From Hyaloraphidium curvatum SAG 235-1 (taxonomy: Eukaryota > Fungi > Monoblepharomycota), in NCBI GenBank assembly GCA_025558095.1, contig JAIVFI010000044.1:124001-188000 (forward strand): a DNA stretch of 64,000 nt, written 5' to 3'. A model generated the notes under the pieces. It was not told the DNA's origin, searched no databases, and was given only the letters and a program-made list of their open reading frames with translations. How positions within the stretch are numbered: the stretch's first letter is position 1; the number at the start of each line of letters is the position of its first letter. Of this stretch, positions 33,201 through 44,150 are shown one piece after another. Made by a program: the position numbers and the translations under genes.

Positions 33201-35816
33201 CACCTCGGGTATCGTCGGCGCCAGCTCCAACTCTTGGAAGCCGATGTCGGCCGTATCGCGGAAAACGCCCAAGGACTTGCATCCAGGATCGACGATGTTC
33301 TCCGGAGTTTCGAGTCGGTCGCCAACCGTGTCCAGGAGGAGCGCGAGAGCAGGCAGATTGTCAAGGACTTCGACAAGGCCCTGTCTCGCTACTTCTCTTT
33401 CCGCCAGGAGGCCACAGTTGAGGTGGAAAAGGCGACGGAGCTGCGCAAGGAGAGTGCCAACGTGCTCGCCCGTTGCCTCAAGCTGCCGACGAAGCCGCGC
33501 GGCGGCGCCGGTTACGGTGGCGGGGTCAGCTTTGGCGGTTCTTCGAGCCCGGGCACCAAGAGGGATCCCCTCCTTCTTTCCATCCTGCAGAAGGAGTCGC
33601 GCTCGGCAGGCTCCCCCACGTCAGGCCCCGGATCGCCTTCGTCGCCGCGGGGCCAGCGGAGGACCAGCACGCAGCAGTCTCCGAGTCAGCGTCGGCGGGT
33701 CTCGATCAGCGACGACTTCATCGCCGCGATGCCCGAGGACGACGAAGAAATGCTGGCCTTTGTTGCGGAGTCGGAACGCCGGGGCCAACGTGCGTCGTCA
33801 CCCGCGGGGCGTCCCGTGCTGCATAAGACGGGAAGCCAGGCCGAAATCATGAAGCGGCTCCTCGTCAAGGCCGAGCTCATGCCCGCCGGGCAGCAGAACA
33901 GGCCCATGTCGAAGCCGGCCCCGATCGTCACCAGCAACGCCAAGATCGTGGAAGACGCTCTGCGCCAGCTGGCGCACGCGCAAGCCGAGACGCAGGCCTC
34001 CATTCAGCGCCTGACCGAGGACCAGGAGGTTGCCGCGCGGCCGTCGAGCGCAGCTGCAGAGGACTTCATGTTCATCTCGTCCGCCCGGAGCAACGGACCG
34101 ACTTCGGCTAGCCCTCTCAGAGGCCCATACAGTGCACGCTTGGAGCACACGCGGTCGCACCTGAAAGAGCTCCGCGAAGGAAGCCAGCACAACTTGGAGC
34201 AGGTGGAAGCCCAGCTGCAGCGCAAGAGGAGCCTCCTGAAGCGCATGTCCTCCTCGGCATCCAACATTGCGACGAGCACGATGCCCGACCTGGCTGATTC
34301 GGCGGGAGCTGCGATCAAGGGCGGGCTCAAGAAGCTCGTGGACGGTGCCAAGACCCTGGTGCAGAACGCCGCACAGTCGGCCGCCTCTGCGGCCCAGGCA
34401 AGCCGCGACGAGCGCGAGCGGCGGCAGCAGGAGCAGGCCGAGCAGCGCCGCATCCAGCTGGCTACGGACACCAGGGCCTTCCGGGACGCGTACGCCGCCC
34501 GGTCATCTCCCCAGGCCAGGGACAGCGGTGATTCGGACGCCAACAGCAGCTACTCGCATTCCTCCCCCTCGGTGCCTCGCCGGCCGCTCCAGCCCAAGGA
34601 AGCCTACGGTTTGCCGACCGTCGCGGTACTCAACGGACAGACTCCCAGCCCCACGTCGGCCACCAAGTCTGGATCGCCCGTCACCATCCCTCCCAGCGTT
34701 CTCCATCAGAAGTTTGAGCGGGAACGTGCGGAGCTCAACCAGCGCTCTGGATCCGGGCAGCTCAACCAGTGGATTCGTTCCTCGTTCGAGCGCGAACGGA
34801 CGACGCTCGATGGTGGAGCAGATGCCGCGCAAGGCAAGCGGAGGGTGACGGAGATCCCGGGCGGGGCGGCCGCACGGGACCAGCGGACCCCGCGGCAATC
34901 GGAGGAAGCCGCGAGGGAGGAGCGGATGGAGACCACGGTCCGCGTGGTCCGCCTCGAGACCCAGGCGGGGTCGATCGGCGCCCCGCTGGTGAACCGCCAC
35001 GTCGCGCAGCTCAAGGCCGAGGCGCCCAGCCGGAAAGCCAGCGGTGCCGCGTTCCTCGAATCCGACCTGTCGACCAGCACACTGCAGAGCGGGAGCGCGG
35101 TCTGGGGCAATGCGGGCCATGGGGCCGCGTCGTCGTCCTCCGCCGGGCACTCGTCTTCCGTGGCCCGCGTGCCCGTGGACCGCGTTTCGCTCGTTCCCGG
35201 ACAGAGCAAGGTGTTTTCTCGGGCGGAGGGGTCGCAGAAGTCGGACTTGGGGAGCAACGCCTCGGTCGCGTCGGCCAGCCGGATCACGTCGATCTCGTCG
35301 CAGGCCGCATCCTCGGCGCCTAAGCCCGTGGCTGCCCAGAGCCGGTTCGCCGGGTCGTCGATCGGGATCCCCGAAGCTCCGCGCGGAAAGGGCAAGGAGA
35401 GGGCGATCGAGCCGGAACCCGAGCTCGAGAGCGATGCCGAGTCGGATGCCGGGGACACCAGGGGTGCCGCAGCAGCCGACGAAGCGGCCGATCTCCCGCC
35501 CAGGTGGAACGCCATCATTGGCTCCGGTCCGTCGGCCGACGAGGACGACGGGCCCGCGAGGAGGGACGCTGAAGACGCGCCGATGCCCTTCCAGTTCGGG
35601 CGCTCGGGCGGGCTGCCGGTGCTGAACGCCTTTGCCATGTCGCTGGCGCGGGAATCTGCCGCCCGCGATGCGGATCGCGAGGTCGAGCACGAGGAGGAGG
35701 AGGACGGTCACGGGCCTGAGGCCAAGCCCGAGGAGGAGGGGCTCGGGCGGAGCCTGTCGACGGGGAGGAACGACCACTCCGGGTTCCAGAAGAAGAAAAA
35801 GAAGGGGAAGCGGTGA
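30290..35816 (+). CDS. BRO1-domain protein with helical region and long disordered C-terminus
   Basis: FRWFEAF, YEKGATLYNLAALYSQLG, LKEAGNYFQKAAG, DLSEPSL..LCLAQACECFYERA. Multi-exon; ends KKKKKGKR*. Confidence 0.8.
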
Positions 35817-35963
35817 AGAGGCGGCGATGGCGGAGGGACGGAAAGCTCCGAGCTCGGTCCAGGGTGCGGTATCGCGAGTTGATGATGTGGATTGATTGCG
35901 TGTCCCTTATGGTTCTCCTGTACACCGGACGAACGAGCAGTAATGACGCAGATGAGCAGCATT

Positions 35964-36791
35964 TCACCAGTACTTGATCGTGACCCCTTGCCGCGAGCAG
36001 GCGCCCTCCTCGACGCACTTGAGCATCAGGTCCGCGACGTCGGCGCGTGAGACGAGCAAGCCGAAGAGGCCGGGTCCGAACGTGTAGTTGCCCGTCAGGG
36101 CACCGTTGGTCAGTCCCGGCGGTCGGATGATGCTGTAGTCTGGTGGCCAATCGGAGCGTGAGGGTCACACCGCGCAGGGGCTGCAAGCAATGCCTACCGA
36201 GCCCGCTCTCGACCAGCTCCCGCTCCATGATCGCCTTGTCTGCCTGCACCTCCCTCAGTATGAAGTTGTTTGCCAGGTACGTCGCCGGCCACGCCCAGAA
36301 AGGCACGTCCGCGGCCGTCTCGCCGACCCCGATCGCCGACATGGCCACGATCCGGTCAGTCGCGGCCCCGGGCGACTTCATGGCCTTGATCATGTTGCGC
36401 ACGCCGAGGGAGTGGACCTGCGTGGGTGGGCCGGAGAGAATTTGAGTGCCTGGTTTTCCGAAACAAGGTCAGCACGGCTGGCTCCAGCGACGGAGGGAGG
36501 CCCACCGAGGCACGAGAGCACCGCGCCCGCCGGCCTCGCCGCCCGCCCTGCTGCCTCTTCCTCCGCCGAGTTGCCCGCGACGATGGTCCGCCGAACGTCC
36601 TCGTAGTTGGTCACGTCCCCCTTTATCACCGATACTCGGTCCGCGTCGGCCCGGAGCTCCGCGGGGAGCTTCGCCGGGTCGCGGACCAGGAGGGTGACCG
36701 GGTGGTTCCGATCGAGCGCCTGGCGCACGAGCACGCGGCCGGTCTGGCCCGACGCGCCGAAGATGGCGAGGCGGGGGAGTTTGGCGGCCAT
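35964..36791 (-). CDS. NAD(P)H-binding oxidoreductase (flavin reductase/BLVRB-like)
   Basis: LAIFGASGQTG, VTLLVRDPAKL, IKGDVTN, DKAIME, DYSIIRPPGLTNG, VSRADVADLM. Two introns. Confidence 0.85.
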
Positions 36792-37011
36792 CGTGGGCCA
36801 ATGTGGTCGCGAATCGATTATGGGACTTCGGGATCGCGGCCGAGGCACGGCCGAGGTCGGGTAAACACAGAGACGCTAGCCGACAGGGACGGAATCACGA
36901 AGCATGATCGAGCGAGCTAGGAAGATACGATGCCATAGTCTAGAGCCACCCAATAACATCCATCTCCGGCGCACGGAAGACCCCAACAGGCCATCCGTTT
37001 ACTGATCTCGG

Positions 37012-38146
37012 CTAAGGATCAGAATAAACCAGCTTTCCGTTCCGGAAGCTCATAAAGTACGGCTCGGCGACGCCGGAAAGGGACTCGCTCCAGATCTTCT
37101 CCATCTCGGCAGCCACCTCGGCAGGCAATGGGCCCTTCTTGCTCGCTTCGATGTTGGCCACGGCCGACTCGGGCTTCGACGATCCGAGAATGTAGCCTGT
37201 CCCGAGAGAGGGCATGAGATTCCCGAGTCCCACGAAGCTCGCGCAGGGAAGCCCACCGTCGCCCTTGCTCCCATCCAGATCCGAATGCCACGCCAGCCAT
37301 CGTATGCACGCCTCCTCGATCCCGCACCCGGCCTTTTCCGCGGCCTTGGCCAGGCTCCGGAGCGCGTCGAAGAACGGGTCCTTCCAGTACCGGTCCTTGA
37401 ACGCCGAGATGATCTCAAACCGGCTTCCCGGAATCACGGGCGATGCCGCTGTGAACCCGAGGTATCGCGAGGAAAGGAGCCCGCCCGCCAGGGGCGAGTA
37501 GGCGTAGAACCGGATGCCGTACTTCTTCAGGCACGGGAACAGCTCGTCCTCGGCGCTCCGGTCGATGAGGTTGTAGACGCCCTGGTAGACCGTGGGCTTC
37601 ACGAGGCCGAGCCGTTCCGCGGTTTCGACGACGGTGACGACCTCCCAGGCGGCAAAATTGCTCAGGCCGAACTCCTTAAACTTGCCCGCCTTGTGCAGGG
37701 CGTCGAAAGCCTTGAGCCACGTCTCCACGGGAACGGAACGGTCCGGCCAGTGCTGGAAAGTGAGTGCAAGTCAGCCCGACAGCCAAGGTCTGCCGAATGA
37801 GGAGATACTCGCGACGTAGAACAGGTCGACCGACTCCAGCTGCAGCTGCTTCAAACTCTCCGCGAAGGACGCCTCGATTTCGGCCGGCATGAGGCCGCCC
37901 CTTTTCATTGGGAACACCTGCCACGGGGCCGTTGAAACATGCCCTCACTCGGGGTTCCCCACACCCTACCTTGGTCGCAATCTTGACCTTCTTGGACCAG
38001 CCCGAGCTCCCAAGGTTGCCCTCCGACGGCCCGTAGGCCCGCGCCGTGTCGAACATGGAATCCGCACCGTAGGTTTTGGAGTAGAGCTCCAGGGGCTCGT
38101 CGGCGACGACTCCGCCGTAGATGACCGCGACGGGCTTCCGCGCCAT
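37012..38146 (-). CDS. Aldo-keto reductase, AKR7 (aflatoxin B1 aldehyde reductase)-like
   Basis: FDTARAYGPSE, IATK, GKFKEFGLSNFAAWEV, PTVYQGVYN, RFYAYSPLAGG, RWLAWHS. Several introns. Confidence 0.9.
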
Positions 38147-38556
38147 GACTGTGGCGACTATTGGCGCGTTGCCGTCGGGCGGGAGGGGCCGATGGCCGAT
38201 GTGGACGGTGCAAAGTCGGCCGGATCCACGCACGCTCGGGTGACGAAATCCGGGGACCGTGCGGCGGCATTTGCAAACACCCGCCTGGCCCGCAATAACA
38301 CCGGTGCTTCAGTTGAAGAGCCTCGAATCCGGGAAACGGCGCATCGGGTCGCGATCATGTTTGATTTCCGCCCGGCCGCTCCTCGCGATTGAGTCAGACA
38401 TGCCGCTAGGGCCACCGATCACGGCGAAGCAGAAGCAGCCTTCTTGCGGGACGATCACGTCGAGCAGATGGGACGAGGGAGGAAAATGCCACAGTCTAGC
38501 TCCTCTACATGCACAAGAGCTTTCCCGAACACATCCGCACCGATCCGGCCCGCCGA

Positions 38557-39960
38557 TCACCCGAACGACACCTTCTCTGCTCGCGGACCGATCAGCCCAC
38601 ACGTGTCCGGCCCGCGCGGGCGGTACCCACCGACGACGTAGTCCTTGCTCACGTGCAGGTTGAGCCTGTTGATCCTGAAGTCCATGGTCATGGCCGAGTT
38701 GGGGGCCAGGACACGGGTGGGCGCGGGGAGCTCGGATTCGAGGACATACTGCCCGACGGAGGCGGTCAGTGCGGAACGATCCGGGGAGGGAGGGTCTACG
38801 AACGGGCTTGCCGGCGGCGACGTCCTCGGATTCGCCCTTGGACTTGTCCATCACCACGCGGGCGCCGAGGAAGTGCTTCTCGAAGGGCACCACGTCCGGG
38901 GGGTTGCTGGGGTTGGTCGGGGGGGTGTAGTTCGGGGGCACGGGGGCGAGCTTGTTGCCTGCAGACATTCGGGTGAGAAAATGGAGTGGGAAAGGAAGGT
39001 ATAGTGACCCACCGGCGCCGTCTGCGCCGTCGTCGGCCTCCTCGAACTCGCCCTCCTTCTCCTCGGGGCCCTGGTCGGCCTCGGCCTCCTCCGCTTCGCC
39101 GTCGCCCTCGGCGGCCGCGCCGCCCTTGGCCGTGACGGCGGCCACGGTCTCCTTGGCCTTCTCGACCGCCTGCCCCGCCAGCGTCTTGGCGTCGTCCACC
39201 AGCGTGCCCTTCTCGTAGCTCTCAATCACCGCCGCGGCGCCCTTCTTGACGGTCTCGTTCAGGTCCGCCGCGGCCTTCTTGGCATCCTCGAGCGCCTCGC
39301 CGCTCTTGACCTTCTCGTAGACCTCCCCGGCCTTCTCCTGCACCGCCTCGACGGCGTCCCCGGCCTTCTCCCTGAGGTCGTGCGCGACCTTCTTTGCCGT
39401 CTCGAGCGCCTCCCCGCTGCGCACCGTCTCGTACAGCTCCCCGGCCTTCCCCTGCACGGCCTCCACCACGTCCTCGGCGCGCTCCTTTGCGCCCTCGTAG
39501 TACTCCCCGGCCTTGGCCGCCAGCTCCCCGGCCTTGGCTCCCACGCCCGCCAGCGCGGCCTTGGCGTCCTCCAGGGCCTCGCCCGACTGCACCTTCTCCA
39601 CCACGTCCTCGGCGCCCTCGTACAGGCCGGTGCCGGCGCTGTATAGCTTGCTGCCGACGGCGGTGGCTGTCGAGGCGATGGCCTGCACGATGGTGTTGGG
39701 CTCCTCGGCGAGCACGCCGGTCTTGTGTGAGTCGTTCAGGATGCCGTCTGCGGGGGAATCGCGGGTCAGCCGGGGCGGAAAAAGGGCGGACGATGCGTCC
39801 GCACCATCGGCGAGGTCGGCGGCGATGTCCGCGGCCTTCTCCAGTGCTGCTGCGGCGGCCTTCCGAATGCTCTCCTTTTTCGTTTCGGGCGGGCGGGCGC
39901 GGGAGGGAGGCGCCGGCGGGTCAGCGGGCGCGCGGAAACTGTGCGGACAACGCGCACCAT
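38557..39960 (-). CDS. LEA-like Ala/Glu/Lys repeat protein with C-terminal peptidase inhibitor I78 domain
   Basis: Repeats such as KAGELYE..SGEALEDAKK. Spliced C-terminus YVLESELPAPTRVLAPNSAMTMDFRINRLNLHVSKDYVVEKVSFG*. The start is a probable ATG micro-exon at 39960. Confidence 0.75.
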
Positions 39961-40202
39961 TGCGCGGGCGGCGAGATGAAGCGGGCGTACGGGCGGCGGA
40001 GTGCTAGCGGCCGAAAGTTGAAACGAGCGGGACCCCACCGAGTCAGGGCCCCGGGGGATTCCTTAGGGAATTCCGTATTTCCGTCCAAGCCCCGCCGGTC
40101 CTTAGCGCGAGATTAGCGAAATTCGTGCGTCCAACACGCCGCCTTCAGATCTTCCGTGACATTTCTCCGTCGCAGCTGGCCGCCCCGACGGCACAGGTCG
40201 AG

Positions 40203-41321
40203 ATGGCCTATCTCATCCCACGCAAATACTTCGAAAAACCGGAGGCCCCGCGCCCCAAGGCCCCCCCCGTCGACTGGGAGCAGGTCCGCCGCGACATGGG
40301 GCTCCCCGACCGCGCCACGCCGCCGCCCGCGGCCGACTCGCCGACGCCTTCCGCCGGCCCGATCCTGCCCGGCGAGGACGTCGACATCGTCGCCGTGGAG
40401 GGCGGGCCGAGGGCCGGGCCGGTGGCACCGTACAAGGAGGCAACGCACGACGTAATCGGGATCGCCAACGGGGTCAGGGGGGCGGCGGAGAAGATGTCGG
40501 GGGCGAGGTTCGAGACCTACGAGGTGCTCGGATTCCGCGAGCAGGCGTACGGCGGCGGAAAGAACCTCTTCGTCAAGGTGCGCCGCCCCATCTCCTTCCG
40601 TGTCGGCAAGATCTGACCTCTCGTCCCCTCTGGGCGACATGCAGGTCAAGACCTCCGCCTCCGGCGAATCCGCACACCTCCGCATCTACTCCCGCGCTGG
40701 CCGGAACCTCCTCACCGCCCTGCGGCACCCCCTCCCCGATGGCACCGCGCTCGAGCCCTTCGGCGGCCCCGAGGAGCGCGCGCTGCCCGCGGCAGCGGAG
40801 CCGCCCCCGCCGTACGACGCGGCGGTCGCTGCCGAGGCGGCGGCGGAGCCGGCGTCGCACGTGCACGTGGTGACGGCCAACGACACCGTCAACGGGCTGG
40901 CGATGCTCTACGGCGTTTCGGTGGGCCTCCTTTCTTGCGTTCCCCGTCGATGGAACCTGACCCGTTGCCCGCGCCACGACAGGCCGATGCCATCCGCACC
41001 TACAACAATCTGCACGGCCAGTCCCTCCAGGAACGCCGCACCATCCTCGTCCCGCCCACCGCCACCCGCTTCCCCGCGGCCCCCGCGCAGCCGCAGGTCT
41101 CGCTGCTCTCGCAGTTCATGAGCAGGACGGGGTGCACCGACCGCGACGAGGCGCGGAGCTACCTCGCGCGGTGCGAGGGGGACGCGGAGGCCGCGGCGGC
41201 GCTGTACAGGGAGGAGCTCAAGGCGGAGGAAGCGGCGAGGGAGGAGGGCAAGAGGACGCCGGCGGAGGAGAGGGAGGTGCAGCAGAAGAAGGAGAAGAAG
41301 AAGCGGTTCGGGATCTTCTGA
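40203..41321 (+). CDS. Multidomain protein: stefin (cystatin A/B)-like, PPxY, LysM, UBA-like
   Basis: KEAT..VRGAAEKMSGARFETYEVLGFREQAYGGGKNLFVKVK..AHLRIY..LEPF; PPPPY; HVVTANDTVNGLAMLYGVSADAIRTYNNL..ILVP; QFMSRTGCTDRDEARSYLARCEGDAEAAAALY. Introns 40578-40644 and 40921-40982. Confidence 0.75.
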
Positions 41322-41450
41322 GCGCGCCGCGGATTCGCTTCCACGATTGGACTTGGACTGGGAATTGTACACAGACTCTAGATCGCGTTTTCATTGTTGC
41401 GCGTACATCAATCACGATTCTTGCTATTGAACTCCCTCGCCCGCCGCCGC

Positions 41451-42595
41451 TCACTCGGCATCCAGCGGCGCCGTCTTGTCAACCTCCCCGAACGTGCTCC
41501 TGACCTGCAGTAGGTCCTCAGGCACCTCCCACGCCTCCCTGTCTCCATCCCTCCCCAGCCACAGCCTGAGCAGGTGTCTCCTCTTCCCCGGCCCGTCCCT
41601 GAAGGCCATCCGGTCGTGCAAAAGCTGGTGGTTGTGCACCAGCTGCACGTCTCCAACCTGGAGGTCCATCCGCAGCGCGACGGCCTCGCACGCGGCGTCG
41701 AGCGCGTCCAGCGCGGCGGTCTTCTCCGCCGTCAGCGGCGCGACGCCCGGCAGCCTCGCCGCGGAGCGCAGGAAGTTGCGGTCGTAGAACGCCGCCACCC
41801 TCCCCTCCCCCCCGTCCTTGGGCGGCAGGTAGAGCAGCACCGGGCTCACGCCGTAGGGCGCGTCCCCCGGTCCCTGCTCGTCCTTGCGGTCCCACACGAA
41901 GGGCTTGAAGAGGGTCTCGAGGGCCGCGGGGTCGTGCGTGCGGAGGTGGTTGTACACGGCCGCGGCGGAGGCGAGGAGGGAGCCGCCGCCCTCGGCGGCG
42001 GTCTGGAGGCACACGAGGCCGACGACGTCGGCTTCGTCCTGAACCGGGCGGGGTGAGCTGACCATTCGGTAAACAACCCTCGGGAACGCACCGTGTGGAA
42101 CATCTGCCTCTCCGCCGTCGCGTAGTAACGGACTGTGGGATCATTCGGGTCCCTCCCGAGGTCCTGCACGTGGCCGAGCAGGTGGCCCTTGCCGTTCTGC
42201 ACCAGCAGCTTCCCGAGCCGCAGGCCGATCCCCAGCGTCGCGGTGGCGGTCTCTTCCTTGGTCCACTGGTCGACGGGGAGGCCGCGGAGGAGCGCGAATC
42301 CGCGGCCGTGGAAGAGGTCGCGCTCCACGGCGGCAAGCAGGGATTCCGAGGCGGGGCCGAGGGGGAAGTCGGCGCGGGAGATGGCGGCGAGGGGTTTGCC
42401 CGACGCGAGGAAGGCACGGGAGGCGGCGAGCACCTCGGCGGCGACCTCGGGAGAGACGGGAACGACCCATTCCGTTGATTTCTCCATGTCCGCGCCGAGC
42501 CAGTGGTCGGGCGTGTCGAGCCGCGCGGGGAGCGCGGAGAGGGGAGGCGCGGGCCAGGTGGCCGCGGTTTTCGCGGACGAGGCGACGGGAGCCAT
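41451..42595 (-). CDS. TauD/TfdA-family Fe(II)/2-oxoglutarate dioxygenase
   Basis: GRGFALLRGLP, QNGKGHLLGHVQDLG, FHTD (across an intron at about 42040-42092), VVGLVCL, GDVQLVHNHQLLHDR, RHLLRLWL. Confidence 0.9.
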
Positions 42596-42752
42596 TGGTG
42601 CGGCGGGAGGCACGAAACGAGTGAAGTTGAGCGGGAAGGCGGACGGGCGGGGTCCAGCGCTCCCGTGGCGGAGCAGGCATGTTGCGCCCGAGGACAATCA
42701 CGCAAGCCGTGAGTAACTCTCTCCGTTCATCTAGAGCTTTGCAACTTCCACC

Positions 42753-44063
42753 ATGGCGAAGCTGGAAGGGACGAACTGCGGCACCGGGAACAGCCCGACT
42801 TCTTCTGAACCCGCAAGGTGCACGGTTGAGAAGGCGGATGCCGAAGTCCGGCGGGGAACCGCGATTGCCGCGATCGCTGGCGCCAGATCAGAGCTTTGGG
42901 TACCCGTTTGCTTGTTGAGCAGCTGGATGTTGTTCGCTTTTCGGATATTGTTGAGGCGCCTTTTTGGTGGCTTTGTATGCGGTCGATCTGCGTGAAAGGA
43001 AACAGAAACCGATACACCGGACCCTGACCCCAACGAAACAGAAACTGATGAGAGGTGGACACTCTCCCAACATGCACGCCCTACACTTACTGGCTCAAGT
43101 GTAGGAGGCCCACGGAGCATGCGCGAACTCCCTCTGATCTCCCCCGCAGCGCCCTGTCGCCAGAGACCAGCCAAGCGTTCGCGGTCGTCAACCCGCTCCA
43201 TGCCCACCAGAGACCGCTGGCTACGCCGAAGTCGCACAAGCCCGGGGCGGCGGGATCTACCCGTAAGCCGAAGCCTGCGCTCAGCGCCGCAGCTGCGGCG
43301 AACAAGAAAGACAGCGACGCGGCCCTCATGCGCCTCAAGACGGATACCTGGTGCACCATGAGGAAGGTTTTTACCGAGCATGAAATGGCCTCCAAGATGG
43401 CATACGAGAAGCACCCATATTGCTACTGGTTGGGTCGTGCCCATCTGGTCCAAGTGCTATTGGCTGACGGACCGCCGCAGCTACGCCGTCCTCTTGTGCC
43501 TCATGAACGAAGAAGATCTGGCGCCGGTGACCAACGGAAGCGGGCCGATCGCCTCGCCCACCCGAGGTACGTCACCTCGCTAGCTCTCGCCGTTCTTTCG
43601 CTGACCATCATAACGAGCAGAGAAGACGGTTGCCGTCAATGGGGCTTTAATGATGCTCTGTTCGGCGAGCACCAAGTGGGATTTTCCTGCCGATAAACTC
43701 CCAGGGAGCTGGGACGAGCACTGGTTCACCATCATCCGGAATCAAGTTATTGTGCCCCTGGGGATCGCAGTTTCCAGGAAGAAGCGTCTCGCCCATGGGG
43801 AGCTCAAGAAGTTGCTCGAGAAGGTGCGAAGCAGGGCCAAGATCTTTGACAGGAATGCGGCCGCCCTGGGCGAATGGCTCGGGGTCGCTCAGCATCAACG
43901 CGCCAAGCTGCTCATGGCCCTGGCGGCCGAGTTGTTCCGCTCCGGCAGGGGCGCGCGGCTGGAGGGGCTGCTCGACCCTGTGCTGCAGCCCTTCTTCGGG
44001 AGGATCCGTGAGAGCCACGAGCATTGGTACCAGACGTGGGTCAGCTATGTGATGCGTGGTTGA
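42753..44063 (+). CDS. Hypothetical protein (multi-exon, no recognised domain)
   Basis: Four plausible GT-AG introns join the ORF pieces in phase (...HPYCYCYAVLLCL..., ...PTREKTVAVNG...). The 5' exons are uncertain. Confidence 0.45.
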
Positions 44064-44150
44064 GTAGTAGCCGGATGCAACTGTCCTGCTGGCATGTACA
44101 CTAGCACTTTCGAAGAGCAGGTGCAGCTTGTCCTTCCTCCGACTCCGTCA

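Noticed and set aside
35964-36791. Flavin reductase-like gene clustered with the riboflavin fusion
   Set aside because: It is 6 kb away across an unrelated gene, and the family is too broad to infer its substrate.
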